DNA of 41,922 nt from IMG/VR virus record IMGVR_UViG_3300029543_000007; one strand, written 5' to 3'. This stretch comes from a virus. A program made the position numbers and the translations under genes. Below are positions 1 to 9,492 of the stretch, one piece after another. Position 1 is the stretch's first letter. Each line of letters starts with the position of its first letter. Below the pieces are notes generated by a model, which saw only the letters and a list, made by a program, of their open reading frames with translations, ran no database searches and was not told where the DNA came from.

Positions 1-65
1 ATCCTGTTATGGGTAAATTTGATACAAAGGCAAAGACATTTACACCGGATTCAGCAACGGAGTAA
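1..65 (+). CDS. 3' end of the major tail protein gene (partial; duplicate of 41829-41893)
   Basis: Identical to the end of ORF 41387-41893; stop TAA at 63-65. Confidence 0.85.
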   Translation, partial: PVMGKFDTKAKTFTPDSATE

Positions 66-94
66 ACGAAAGCGAAGTTTGAAATTGGAATTAA
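1..94. repeat. Terminal direct repeat; nt 1-94 are identical to nt 41829-41922, so the contig closes on itself (circular or terminally redundant assembly)
   Basis: Both ends read ATCCTGTTATGGGTAAATTTGATAC...GAAATTGGAATTAA. Confidence 0.97.
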
Positions 95-106
95 GGAGTA
101 AGATAT

Positions 107-457
107 ATGTTTATTTGGAATGGAAAGAAGCTCGCATTTAATTTCCTGGATGCGGACATGATGAAAAAATTTAGTGATGCAGGAAAGGAAATGTGGAAGA
201 AACTTGGTGAGTACGAGGAGAAGAATGCAGAAGATGGAAAAATCAAGGCAGAGGGCGTGGCGTATGAGTCAGAAATCATAAGTGAGTTTTTTGACGAGGT
301 ATTTGGAAATGGCACCGCTGATGAAATCTTTACATCAAAACATGATCTGACAGAAAGAACGAAAGCAATTAAGAAGCTTTATTCTATCAGAGATTCACAG
401 TTAGCTGGTCATACAAAGAGAGTCAACGATCTGCACAAGATGATTGGAGCTGAATGA
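107..457 (+). CDS. Tail assembly chaperone candidate (gpG position)
   Basis: 116-aa acidic ORF between the major tail protein and the tape measure; ATGA overlap with the next ORF. Confidence 0.5.
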   Translation: MFIWNGKKLAFNFLDADMMKKFSDAGKEMWKKLGEYEEKNAEDGKIKAEGVAYESEIISEFFDEVFGNGTADEIFTSKHDLTERTKAIKKLYSIRDSQLAGHTKRVNDLHKMIGAE

Positions 458-1104
458 TCAGAAGAGAACTCCCGGTGTCAGTAGATATCGGGAGTAAAAC
501 ATATAAGATTGATGCTGATTTCAGAACAATTATGAATGTGGAAGAGATTATCTTTGGAAAAGAAGTTACAGATGATCAAAAGAAGTTTGCAGAAGAAATG
601 ATGAAAGAAATCGATATTGAAGAAAAAGATGCGATTCAAAATGCAAAATATTATGATACACTAAAACTCTTTTATAGAGATAATGTTCCGGATGATCTGG
701 AAGAAGCTATGGAAAAAATGCTGTGGTTTTATTCCTGTGGTAAGGAAGATAAACAATCAAAAACAAAAACAAAGAAAAAAGTGATCAGCTTTGAACATGA
801 TTTTGATTATATCAATGCAGGGTTTATGCAGGATTATAAGATAGATCTGTTTGAGGTTGATTTTTTGCATTGGTGGAAGTTTATGTCATTGTTTAGTGCA
901 TTGCATGATGATTGTAAGATTTGTGAGATTATAGGATATCGAAGTGCAGAATTAAAGAATTTTGATAAAGAGCAAAGAAAAAGGATAAGGGAGATGCAAA
1001 AGATCTATGCACTTCCGGATGAGATAAGCAAAGAAGAAAAGAAGAGACAGGATGAGATAACGCAGATACTGCTAAATGGCGGTGATCTGTCAGGAATATT
1101 GTGA
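454..1104 (+). CDS. Tail assembly protein, Gp15-like (gpT position)
   Basis: 216-aa ORF directly upstream of the tape measure; the call rests on synteny only. Confidence 0.45.
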   Translation: MIRRELPVSVDIGSKTYKIDADFRTIMNVEEIIFGKEVTDDQKKFAEEMMKEIDIEEKDAIQNAKYYDTLKLFYRDNVPDDLEEAMEKMLWFYSCGKEDKQSKTKTKKKVISFEHDFDYINAGFMQDYKIDLFEVDFLHWWKFMSLFSALHDDCKICEIIGYRSAELKNFDKEQRKRIREMQKIYALPDEISKEEKKRQDEITQILLNGGDLSGIL

Positions 1105-1215
1105 TAAGAGAAGCGAACAGGCGAGAGCTTGGATCTGCAGGTTGAGCACCCAGGACGTCAAATAGCTTAGAAACTTTAGATTTTTAGGTATATAGGTATT
1201 TGACGAGGTGAAGAC

Positions 1216-4200
1216 ATGGCAGATGGTACAGTTACAATAGAAACCAAACTGGATAATTCTGGTGCAGAAAAAGGATTAAACGATCTTAAGAAAGAAGTTG
1301 AGTCTTCTTCTAAGAGTACAGCACAGGAGATAGATAAAGCTTCTGATCAGGCGCAAAAGAGTGTAGAAGAAGTTGCTAAGTCAGCAGAGAAAACTGGAAA
1401 GCAAGTAGAAAAAAGTGCAAAAGATTCAGCATCGAAAGCAGGACAGGCAGCCAAACAAGGAGCTGATTCAGCAGCAAAAGGAACAGAATCCGCATCTACG
1501 AAGATGCAGCAGTCTCATAAAAAGGTAAAGGATACTGCAAAAGAAAGTGCAGATGGCGCAAAAAAGTCTTGGGAAGAATCTAATCAAAGTACAGTAGCAA
1601 GTACAGAGAGCGCAACATCAAAGATGGCCGGGCTGATGAAAAAATCTGCAGCAGTAATTGGAGTTGCATCTGTTGCGGCCGCAAAAAAGACGATCGATGT
1701 AGGTAAGTCCTTTGAAGCAGGAATGAGTGAGGTCCAGGCAATCTCCGGAGCATCTGGAAAAGACCTGGAAAAGCTATCTGCAAAAGCAAAGCAGATGGGA
1801 GCTACAACAAAGTTTTCTGCTACAGAATCTGCCACAGCACTTAAATACATGGCTATGGCCGGATGGAAAACAAACCAGATGGTTTCTGGATTGTCTGGTG
1901 TTATGAATTTAGCTGCAGCTTCCGGAGAAGACCTTGGAACAGTATCCGACATTGTAACAGATTCAATGACCGCTTTGGGATTGAAAGCAAAGGATTCTGG
2001 ACATTTTGCAGACGTACTAGCGAAAGCATCGAGTAGTTCTAACACCAATGTTGCAATGATGGGAGAAACCTTTAAGTATGTTGCACCATTGGCCGGATCC
2101 ATGAAATATAGTATCGAAGATACAGCTACAGCAATTGGACTGATGGCGAATGCCGGAATCAAAGGAAGCCAAGCAGGTACATCTCTGAGATCTATCATTA
2201 CGCGACTTGTCAAACCTCCGAAAGATGCAGCTACAGCATTAAATGCGCTTGGTATCAGTACAACAAAAGCTGATGGATCAATGAAGCCACTTCGTGAAAC
2301 GATGGCAGAATTGAGAGAAAAATTTTCTGGATTAACAGAAAGCCAGAAAGCTTCTTATGCTTCAAGCATCGCAGGACAGGAAGCGATGTCAGGTCTGTTG
2401 GCAATCGTTAATGCATCTGATTCTGATTTCAACAAATTACAAAAGGCGATTGATAATTCTTCTGGCGCAGCAAAGAAACAGGCCGATGTTATGAACAACA
2501 ATCTGCAAGGAGCATTGTACGACCTCGGATCAGTAGCAGAGTCTGTTGGAATCGGCATTTATGAAGATATCAAAACGCCGCTAACAAAGGCTGTCGGTGT
2601 TGGAACAGCACAGTTAAGGATTTTATCTAACAAATTGAAAAAAGGTGGAATAAAAGAGATTGTTCCGAAGGAAGCGATAAATACTGTTGAAAATCTTGGA
2701 AAAGTGGCTATGGTAGCCGGCAAAGGTGGAGTAAAAGTATTGGCCGTTTCTACAAAACTGCTTGGGGACAACATGGGCGCAGTTATTCCGCTTGCGACAT
2801 CATTCATGGGGGCCTGGGCCGGAGTTAAAGTTTTCAACACTGCATCTAAAGGAGTTACAGCATTAACTACAGCTTTTAGTGCCTTAAAAACAATGGAGCA
2901 GGCAAATGCAATCACCTTAGTGGCACAACAGGGTGGTTTGACTGCACTGCAGACAGTCGTTGGAATCTTTACAGGTAAGATTTCTCTTGCAACAGCAGCA
3001 ACAGGAACTTTTAATGCGGCGTGTACAGCACTTGGCGGTCCAGTAGGTTTAGGAGTTGTTGCAGTAGGTGCTTTAGTAGCAGGAGTCGCAGCATACACAC
3101 TGACACAGAAAAAAGCAGTTACAGAAGCAGATCGATACTATTCTTCTTGCACAAAACTGAAAAAGAAACAAGAAGAGATGGCGGCATCGATCAAGAGCTT
3201 ACATAAAGAAAATCAGAAAAATGTAGATTCTACACGTGCAAATGGTGTTCAGGCAGATCAGCTGTATCAGAGATTAACAAAACTGATGAATGTTGAGCAT
3301 AAGAGCGCTGGGACAAAAGCACAGATTGTCAGTGTAGTTAAACAATTAAATGAATTATTACCAGGGCTGAATCTTGAGTATGACAAAGAAGCAGATAAAC
3401 TGAATAAGTCTACTTCTGCGATCAAGAAAAACATCGCAGCATTGAAAGAACAGGCAATGGCCAAGGCTTACCAGAAAGGGATGGAAAGTGCAGCATCCAA
3501 AGTAGCCAAAGCTGACATTGAAAATGAAAATGCCATTAAGAAAAAAACAGAAGCAACAAACAAATATAATGCCGCTGTTGAAAAAATGAATCAGGTTACT
3601 GCAAAGGTAAACCAAGGAAAGATAACAACAAGCAGTGATGAGTATAAGAAAGCTTCTAATGATCTGACAAAATACTATGATGCAATGATGACAGCCAATA
3701 AGGCTGTTGAGCAGAGCGGTAAAAACTTAAATGCAGCACAAAAAGAACTGACCGCATACACAGATAAATATACGGCTCAGACAAATTATACAGAGTATCT
3801 AAAATCATTGGATGATCTGGCCAAACAGGCAAAGATTAAAGCGAGCGATATTCCAAAATCTGTTGGAGAGGGAATCAAACAGGGTGTTTATGCAAATCCA
3901 ACTTCCGGAAATGAATTAAAGAGCTTGATCAAATTAGATGATCTGGTTAATTCCGATCAGTTGGCCAAGATGCAGGAACAGGGAATGAAAATTCCACAGT
4001 ATCTGTCAAAAGGAATTTCTGATGGATCCATATCATTTAAGAGTGCTGCAAAACAGATGCAGAATGCGATCAATTGGACTGATCTGATTCAAAAAGCAAA
4101 GGATGCAGGTGTTAAAGTTCCTGATAGTGTAGCACAGGGAATTAGTTCTGGACAATATGCGGTTCCTACGTCTGTGCAGGCAGTAAAAAATCTTGTCACG

Positions 4201-6654
4201 TTCGAAGATCTGAAAGCTAAGGCACAGCAAGGTGGTATACAGGTACCGGACTATTTAGCAAATGCAATCACATCTGGTAGTGGAAAGCCAAGGGAAGCAG
4301 CAGCCGCATTGAGTCGTATGATTTCTTTCCAGGAAGCAATAACAAAAGCAGGAATTGATGGGTCTAAGATTCCAACAGAACTTGCAATGAAAGTTGCACA
4401 AGGAAAGACGCCAGTTCAAGATGCAATCAAAGAACTAACAAAGATAGACTTATCCGGAGATCAGAATGCATTTGGTCTTACAAAAGCTATTGATAGTACA
4501 GCGCAAAAGACAAAAAGCCAGGCAACAAAGATAAAAAATAGTTTAAAAATCGGCAAGGTAGATAATTCAGCTGCAGCAAGCTCGTTTGATGCTATTGCAA
4601 CCAAAACAGGAAAAGCAGCTACTACAGTTAAGAAAAATAGCACAGCAATCAAAAAAGCAAGTAAGATTACTGCTACGAATAATTCAAGTGCCGGAGTTCA
4701 ATCGTTTAATAGTTATTTATCTTCTTTTTCAAAAGGATCTGGTAAAGCAAAATCAGCTGCAGATAAAATAAGCAAAACAACCGCAACAGGGCTTGCTTCC
4801 GGTTCAGGAAAAGCAAAAACAGCCGGCGGAAAGATGACATCGGAATTTTCCAAAGGGATTACATCAAAATCTGGAACATCAAAATCTGCAGGTTCAAAAG
4901 TATCTAAAGCAGGTTCTTCCGGAGCAAGTGCACAGAAATCGTCTTTTGTATCTGTTGGTGGTAATTTATCTCTTGGATTAGCATCTGGTATCAGATCAAA
5001 CTCTGGTGCTGTATCATCAGCCGCAAGAGAAGCAGTAAGAGCAGCAGTTGCAGCCGCAAAAGCAGAAGGTAAGATTCATTCACCATCCCGTGTCATGGAA
5101 AGTGACGTAGGAAAATGGATGCCGTTAGGAATGGCAGCAGGTATCAGAAAGTATACGAAGGATGTGGAAGATGCTTCTGGAGAGATGGCTAACGCATCGG
5201 TAGAAGCTACAGCAACAGCCTTAGGAATCCATTCTCCATCTCGTGTATATGAAGATGCGATCGGTAAGAATATTCCAAAAGGTGTAGCAAAGGGTGTCAG
5301 AGAAGGACAGACAGAACTCAATGCAGAAATGAATCTAGCTGTAAATGAAGCGTTATCTGCAGCTAAGAGTGCATCGAAAAAAGGAAATTATTCCGACATC
5401 GGAAACAACCTTGTGTCTGGTATATCCGAAGCACTCAACACGGCCAAGTCAAGATCATCAGAAACTGTACAAGAAATCATTGATCAGCAGACAAGTAAAG
5501 TTTCTTCGAAGCACGATACAGCAGAGAAAAATTTTCAAGATAAGATCAGTAAGACAAAAAATAAAAAGAAAAAAGCAAAATTAAAAAAACAGCTGAAAAA
5601 GTTAAAGAAGCAGAATGCTGCAGAAGAAAAGCAATTAAAAATTGCGGGAGAAAAAACGGCAGCGGCATACAATGATGCATTTGAGAAAGAAGCTGATCGA
5701 TTAAATAAGATTGCACAGGAAAAACTACAGGAACTGTCAGATGAATACCAGGAAGCGTATAACAACATCAAGAGTAAGATGGACAGTTTAACTGATAAAC
5801 AGCAATCTTGGGGAAATATCTATAACCTTGATCAGAATATCATGGATATTGAAAAGTATCAGAAGAACTTGAAGTTGCTAGAAAACAAGATTCCTGAGTC
5901 TATGATGGAAAAGATTCTCGGAATGGATATTGATGCAGGAAATGCTTATATGGCATGGTTTCAGCATATGTCAGAAGCTGAACAGCAGGCTTATATTAAT
6001 AAGTGGAATCAGCAACAGAGCATGTCAAAAACATTTTCTGAAAACTTCTTTGGAGATGATCTTGCAAAACTTCAAGCAAATTATGAATCTGAAATGAAAA
6101 CAGTCACAGATGATCTGCAGAAAGAGATGAAACAGGCAGGAGTTAATATCGCCAAAGGGTTAACTGCAGGTATGGAAAGCGAAACCAGAAACCTCAGCAA
6201 ATCCATGAAGAAAATCTGCCAGAATATTATTAAGACGGCCAAAAAGACACTTAAGATTCATTCCCCGTCTCGAGAATTTACAGAGATTGGTTCCTATGAT
6301 ATTCAGGGAGCGATCAAAGGGCATGAAAAAGAAGCTCCAAATCTGTATAAACAAATGGGAACGATTTCTCAGAACATGGCACAGAAATTTGCAAAAGCGA
6401 AGTTGAACGTTCAAGATATTCAGTCAAGGATGCAGGATGCGATCAATCTGCAGATGCAGACGATCACAACAAGAATGCAGCCAGTTATGCAAACAGATTC
6501 AGCTAATGGATCAGAATCAGTAGTCTATACTGGACCAGAACGAATTGAGGTGCCTGTGATTGTAGATGGTCGAGAGATTACAAGAGTAATCGCTCCTTAC
6601 ATGGACACAGAATTAAGTACAAGAGCAACACGAAAATCAAGAGGAGGTGTATAG
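1216..6654 (+). CDS. Tail tape measure protein (TP901-family core)
   Basis: 1812 aa. A/K/S-rich coiled regions. Core motif TKFSATESATALKYMAMAGW, hydrophobic G/A-rich segments, and three IHSPSR motifs. Confidence 0.93.
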   Translation: MADGTVTIETKLDNSGAEKGLNDLKKEVESSSKSTAQEIDKASDQAQKSVEEVAKSAEKTGKQVEKSAKDSASKAGQAAKQGADSAAKGTESASTKMQQSHKKVKDTAKESADGAKKSWEESNQSTVASTESATSKMAGLMKKSAAVIGVASVAAAKKTIDVGKSFEAGMSEVQAISGASGKDLEKLSAKAKQMGATTKFSATESATALKYMAMAGWKTNQMVSGLSGVMNLAAASGEDLGTVSDIVTDSMTALGLKAKDSGHFADVLAKASSSSNTNVAMMGETFKYVAPLAGSMKYSIEDTATAIGLMANAGIKGSQAGTSLRSIITRLVKPPKDAATALNALGISTTKADGSMKPLRETMAELREKFSGLTESQKASYASSIAGQEAMSGLLAIVNASDSDFNKLQKAIDNSSGAAKKQADVMNNNLQGALYDLGSVAESVGIGIYEDIKTPLTKAVGVGTAQLRILSNKLKKGGIKEIVPKEAINTVENLGKVAMVAGKGGVKVLAVSTKLLGDNMGAVIPLATSFMGAWAGVKVFNTASKGVTALTTAFSALKTMEQANAITLVAQQGGLTALQTVVGIFTGKISLATAATGTFNAACTALGGPVGLGVVAVGALVAGVAAYTLTQKKAVTEADRYYSSCTKLKKKQEEMAASIKSLHKENQKNVDSTRANGVQADQLYQRLTKLMNVEHKSAGTKAQIVSVVKQLNELLPGLNLEYDKEADKLNKSTSAIKKNIAALKEQAMAKAYQKGMESAASKVAKADIENENAIKKKTEATNKYNAAVEKMNQVTAKVNQGKITTSSDEYKKASNDLTKYYDAMMTANKAVEQSGKNLNAAQKELTAYTDKYTAQTNYTEYLKSLDDLAKQAKIKASDIPKSVGEGIKQGVYANPTSGNELKSLIKLDDLVNSDQLAKMQEQGMKIPQYLSKGISDGSISFKSAAKQMQNAINWTDLIQKAKDAGVKVPDSVAQGISSGQYAVPTSVQAVKNLVTFEDLKAKAQQGGIQVPDYLANAITSGSGKPREAAAALSRMISFQEAITKAGIDGSKIPTELAMKVAQGKTPVQDAIKELTKIDLSGDQNAFGLTKAIDSTAQKTKSQATKIKNSLKIGKVDNSAAASSFDAIATKTGKAATTVKKNSTAIKKASKITATNNSSAGVQSFNSYLSSFSKGSGKAKSAADKISKTTATGLASGSGKAKTAGGKMTSEFSKGITSKSGTSKSAGSKVSKAGSSGASAQKSSFVSVGGNLSLGLASGIRSNSGAVSSAAREAVRAAVAAAKAEGKIHSPSRVMESDVGKWMPLGMAAGIRKYTKDVEDASGEMANASVEATATALGIHSPSRVYEDAIGKNIPKGVAKGVREGQTELNAEMNLAVNEALSAAKSASKKGNYSDIGNNLVSGISEALNTAKSRSSETVQEIIDQQTSKVSSKHDTAEKNFQDKISKTKNKKKKAKLKKQLKKLKKQNAAEEKQLKIAGEKTAAAYNDAFEKEADRLNKIAQEKLQELSDEYQEAYNNIKSKMDSLTDKQQSWGNIYNLDQNIMDIEKYQKNLKLLENKIPESMMEKILGMDIDAGNAYMAWFQHMSEAEQQAYINKWNQQQSMSKTFSENFFGDDLAKLQANYESEMKTVTDDLQKEMKQAGVNIAKGLTAGMESETRNLSKSMKKICQNIIKTAKKTLKIHSPSREFTEIGSYDIQGAIKGHEKEAPNLYKQMGTISQNMAQKFAKAKLNVQDIQSRMQDAINLQMQTITTRMQPVMQTDSANGSESVVYTGPERIEVPVIVDGREITRVIAPYMDTELSTRATRKSRGGV

Positions 6655-6655
6655 T

Positions 6656-7366
6656 ATGCCAGGAACATTAGGAGTCACGATCGGAGAAAAACATACCTTA
6701 AAGGATTGGAATCTTGGATGGACTGCGATCACTCTTGGTTTTCCGGAACCAAAAACATATGAACTGGATATTCAAGGAGCAGATGGGACACTGGATATCA
6801 CTGAAGCGGTTACTGGCGGAGATGTGAAGTACAAGAATCGTAGTCTTTCCTTAGAATTTGAAACTCCGGACGAAGACTTTTTTGAATGGGGATCTATTGT
6901 ATCGGACATTGCAAATTACCTGGTTGGTAAGAAAATGAAGATCATACTCGATACTGATCCATCTTTTTATTACATTGGCCGACTTACGATTGATGTCGAA
7001 AAGACAGATCGTATAAATGGAAAGCTTGTAATGTCCGGAGAAGTTGATCCATATAAGTATGAAGTTGCTTCGTCTCTGGAAGATTGGTTATGGGATGATT
7101 TTAATTTTGAAACTGATATTATCCGTGAATATGGAGGCATCAAAGTTTCTGGAAAATACGAGCTAAATATTTATGGAAGAAGAAAGAGAGTGATCCCTGT
7201 GATCGAATGTGATACACCGATGCAGGTTACATATAACGGGGCCACTTATGATCTTCCAAAGGGCAAAAGTAAAGTGTTCGATATCTGGTTATCAGAAGGG
7301 GATAACCTTTTAACGTTTACAGGAAATGGGACAGTTTCTGTCGATTATCGAGGAGGTAGTTTATAA
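6656..7366 (+). CDS. Distal tail protein (Dit)
   Basis: First gene after the tape measure, about 236 aa. AGGAGG lies 8 nt before ATG 6656; the track start 6647 is GTG. Confidence 0.7.
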   Translation: MPGTLGVTIGEKHTLKDWNLGWTAITLGFPEPKTYELDIQGADGTLDITEAVTGGDVKYKNRSLSLEFETPDEDFFEWGSIVSDIANYLVGKKMKIILDTDPSFYYIGRLTIDVEKTDRINGKLVMSGEVDPYKYEVASSLEDWLWDDFNFETDIIREYGGIKVSGKYELNIYGRRKRVIPVIECDTPMQVTYNGATYDLPKGKSKVFDIWLSEGDNLLTFTGNGTVSVDYRGGSL

Positions 7367-8584
7367 ATGTACAAGATACTATGTGATGGGAAAACACTGC
7401 ATAATGTCCGCGATCCGGATTATCAGGTATTAACTCCTAAGATATCATTGGAATTAAATAAAACGGGAAATCTTGATTTTGGGATGATGCAAACACATCC
7501 GCATGTGAATGATATCAATAAATTAAAATCTCAAATCAATGTTTATGAAGATGATGAGCTGTTATTTTCCGGAAGAAGTTTAACGGATGAAAAAGATTTT
7601 CAAAACACAGGGCAGATTTCATGTGAAGGGGAGCTTGCTTTTTTGTTAGATTCAGTACAACGTGCGCATGATTATGGTACTGAAACAACAGAAATAGGTC
7701 AGGCAGATACGAATATTGAAATATTCAAGAGATTGATTGAAGAACATAACGCGCAGGTAGAAGAAGCAAAACGTTTTACAATTGGAGTAATCGATATAGA
7801 TAGCGTAACCATTACAAAATTGTCTACGAACTATGAAAAGACATGGGATTTTCTTGGTTCTAATTTTTTAGGTAAATACGACGGCTATCTTCGAGTAAGG
7901 CATGAAAACGGAATCAGATATCTTGACTACGTAAAGCGATATGGGAAAGTAAGTAATCAAGTGATCCGTTTTGGAGAGAATCTGCTTGATTTAAAGAAGT
8001 ATTCGAAGGCAGAAGATATTAAAACAGCAATCATCCCGCTGGGAGCAGTTGTTGATAATAAAAATGTCGATATTAAAGCGGCAAATGGTCATAACGGAAC
8101 GGATTATGTATATAGCCAGGATGCCGTAGATCTATATGGATGGATCTATGATAAGGTTGATTTTCCGGAAATTTCTGATCCAGACACGCTGCTAGCTGAA
8201 TCAAAGAAATATTTGCAAAAATGTATTAACCTTGCAATTACGATTGAGTTGACAGCAGTAGATCTGCATATGGTAGATATTGATATTAATTCGATCAGGC
8301 TGGGTGATCTGGTTCCTTGCGTATCAACGCAGCATGGAATTATGAGTACGTTTGGAAATCCAGACACTTATTATCTTGTAAGTAAATATGAATTGGATTT
8401 AGAGAACCCAGCAAACAATAAGATTACACTAGGAAGAACAATCAGTACATTGACAGACAAACAAGTGCAATCGTCACAAAATCTAGAAACAAAAATAAAC
8501 GAAGTCCGTACAGAAATGTACAACATATCAGGGAACAACATGGAACCTATCACAAATGAAACACTAGAAGGATTATTAAATTAA
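7367..8584 (+). CDS. Tail-associated protein Tal (prophage tail endopeptidase family)
   Basis: 405 aa; second gene after the tape measure; its start abuts the Dit stop. Confidence 0.62.
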   Translation: MYKILCDGKTLHNVRDPDYQVLTPKISLELNKTGNLDFGMMQTHPHVNDINKLKSQINVYEDDELLFSGRSLTDEKDFQNTGQISCEGELAFLLDSVQRAHDYGTETTEIGQADTNIEIFKRLIEEHNAQVEEAKRFTIGVIDIDSVTITKLSTNYEKTWDFLGSNFLGKYDGYLRVRHENGIRYLDYVKRYGKVSNQVIRFGENLLDLKKYSKAEDIKTAIIPLGAVVDNKNVDIKAANGHNGTDYVYSQDAVDLYGWIYDKVDFPEISDPDTLLAESKKYLQKCINLAITIELTAVDLHMVDIDINSIRLGDLVPCVSTQHGIMSTFGNPDTYYLVSKYELDLENPANNKITLGRTISTLTDKQVQSSQNLETKINEVRTEMYNISGNNMEPITNETLEGLLN

Positions 8585-8597
8585 AACAGGAGGGAAA

Positions 8598-9230
8598 ATG
8601 GCAGATAAAAATTATCTTGATTCTGATGGGGTCTTATATCTCTGGCAGAAGATTAAAGCAAAGATTACAGATGCGATAAAAAACAAAGTTGATAAAGTAG
8701 ATGGTAAGGGGCTGTCTACGAATGACTATACAACAGCAGAAAAAACAAAGCTCGCAGGGATCGTGGATGGTGCAAATAAATATGTCCATCCTACATCTTC
8801 TGGTAACAAGCATATTCCAAGTGGTGGAAGTTCTGGACAGATTCTAAGATGGGGAGCAGATGGTACAGCTGTTTGGGGCTCTGATAATAATACAACTTAT
8901 GCAGATGCAACACAATCTGCGCATGGACTTATGAGCACGACAGATAAAAAGAAACTAGATGCATATCCGGCGTATTCGTCTATCCAGAGTACATATGCTA
9001 CAAAATCAGAAATCACAAATATGTACAAGTATTGTGGTTCTGTCGCATCTACAGACAAATTGCCGACAACAGGACAACGTGTTGGCGATGTTTATAACAT
9101 CGAAACTGCTAGTACATACGGCGGTGCTGGTATGAATGTAGCATGGAATGGCAGTGCATGGGATCCATTAGGCGAAATTTTTAGTATATCAACGATCACA
9201 AATACCTGGATGGATACAAATCTTACATAA
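8598..9230 (+). CDS. Tail fibre-like protein
   Basis: Motifs GKGLSTNDYTTAEKTKLAGI and HGLMSTTDKKKLD, typical of Gram-positive phage fibre proteins; good RBS. Confidence 0.6.
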   Translation: MADKNYLDSDGVLYLWQKIKAKITDAIKNKVDKVDGKGLSTNDYTTAEKTKLAGIVDGANKYVHPTSSGNKHIPSGGSSGQILRWGADGTAVWGSDNNTTYADATQSAHGLMSTTDKKKLDAYPAYSSIQSTYATKSEITNMYKYCGSVASTDKLPTTGQRVGDVYNIETASTYGGAGMNVAWNGSAWDPLGEIFSISTITNTWMDTNLT

Positions 9231-9245
9231 AGGCAGGTGCTTGAT

Positions 9246-9476
9246 ATGGCAAATTTTTTGGACGAAACCGGTGTGTTAAAGCTCTGGAACAAAATAAAAT
9301 CTTATGCAGCGAAGCAGACAGATATGAATAAAGCAATCGTAAATATATCTGCTAGTGGTACAACATTAACTGTCACAAAAGCAGATGGAACAACAAAATA
9401 TGTAACAGCGGAGCTTGTAAAAGGGCAGATGATTTATTGCTGCAGTAACAGCGAAGATCAGATTTATTGCTGTTAA
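9246..9476 (+). CDS. Short fibre-like paralogue (N-terminus resembles that of 8598-9230)
   Basis: MANFLDETGVLKLWNKIK compared with MADKNYLDSDGVLYLWQKIK; the C-terminus carries a duplicated IYCC. Confidence 0.4.
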   Translation: MANFLDETGVLKLWNKIKSYAAKQTDMNKAIVNISASGTTLTVTKADGTTKYVTAELVKGQMIYCCSNSEDQIYCC

Positions 9477-9492
9477 ATGAAAGGAGATAAAA

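Noticed and set aside
107-1104. Programmed -1 frameshift between the two chaperone-position ORFs
   Set aside because: There is no slippery heptamer near the junction. The second ORF has its own ATG overlapping the first stop (ATGA). The only A-run (about nt 163-169) is far upstream, and I did not check its -1 frame.
1580-3098. Long minus-strand ORFs (1584-2213, 2559-3098 and others) inside the tape measure gene
   Set aside because: They are antisense to a clearly coding 1812-aa gene, have no RBS, and their composition mirrors the A/G-rich sense strand. They are frame artefacts.
1216-6654. Repetitive K/A/S-rich stretches as a CRISPR or tandem-repeat array
   Set aside because: This is low-complexity coding sequence of the tape measure. 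No spacer-repeat periodicity is seen here or anywhere else in the window.
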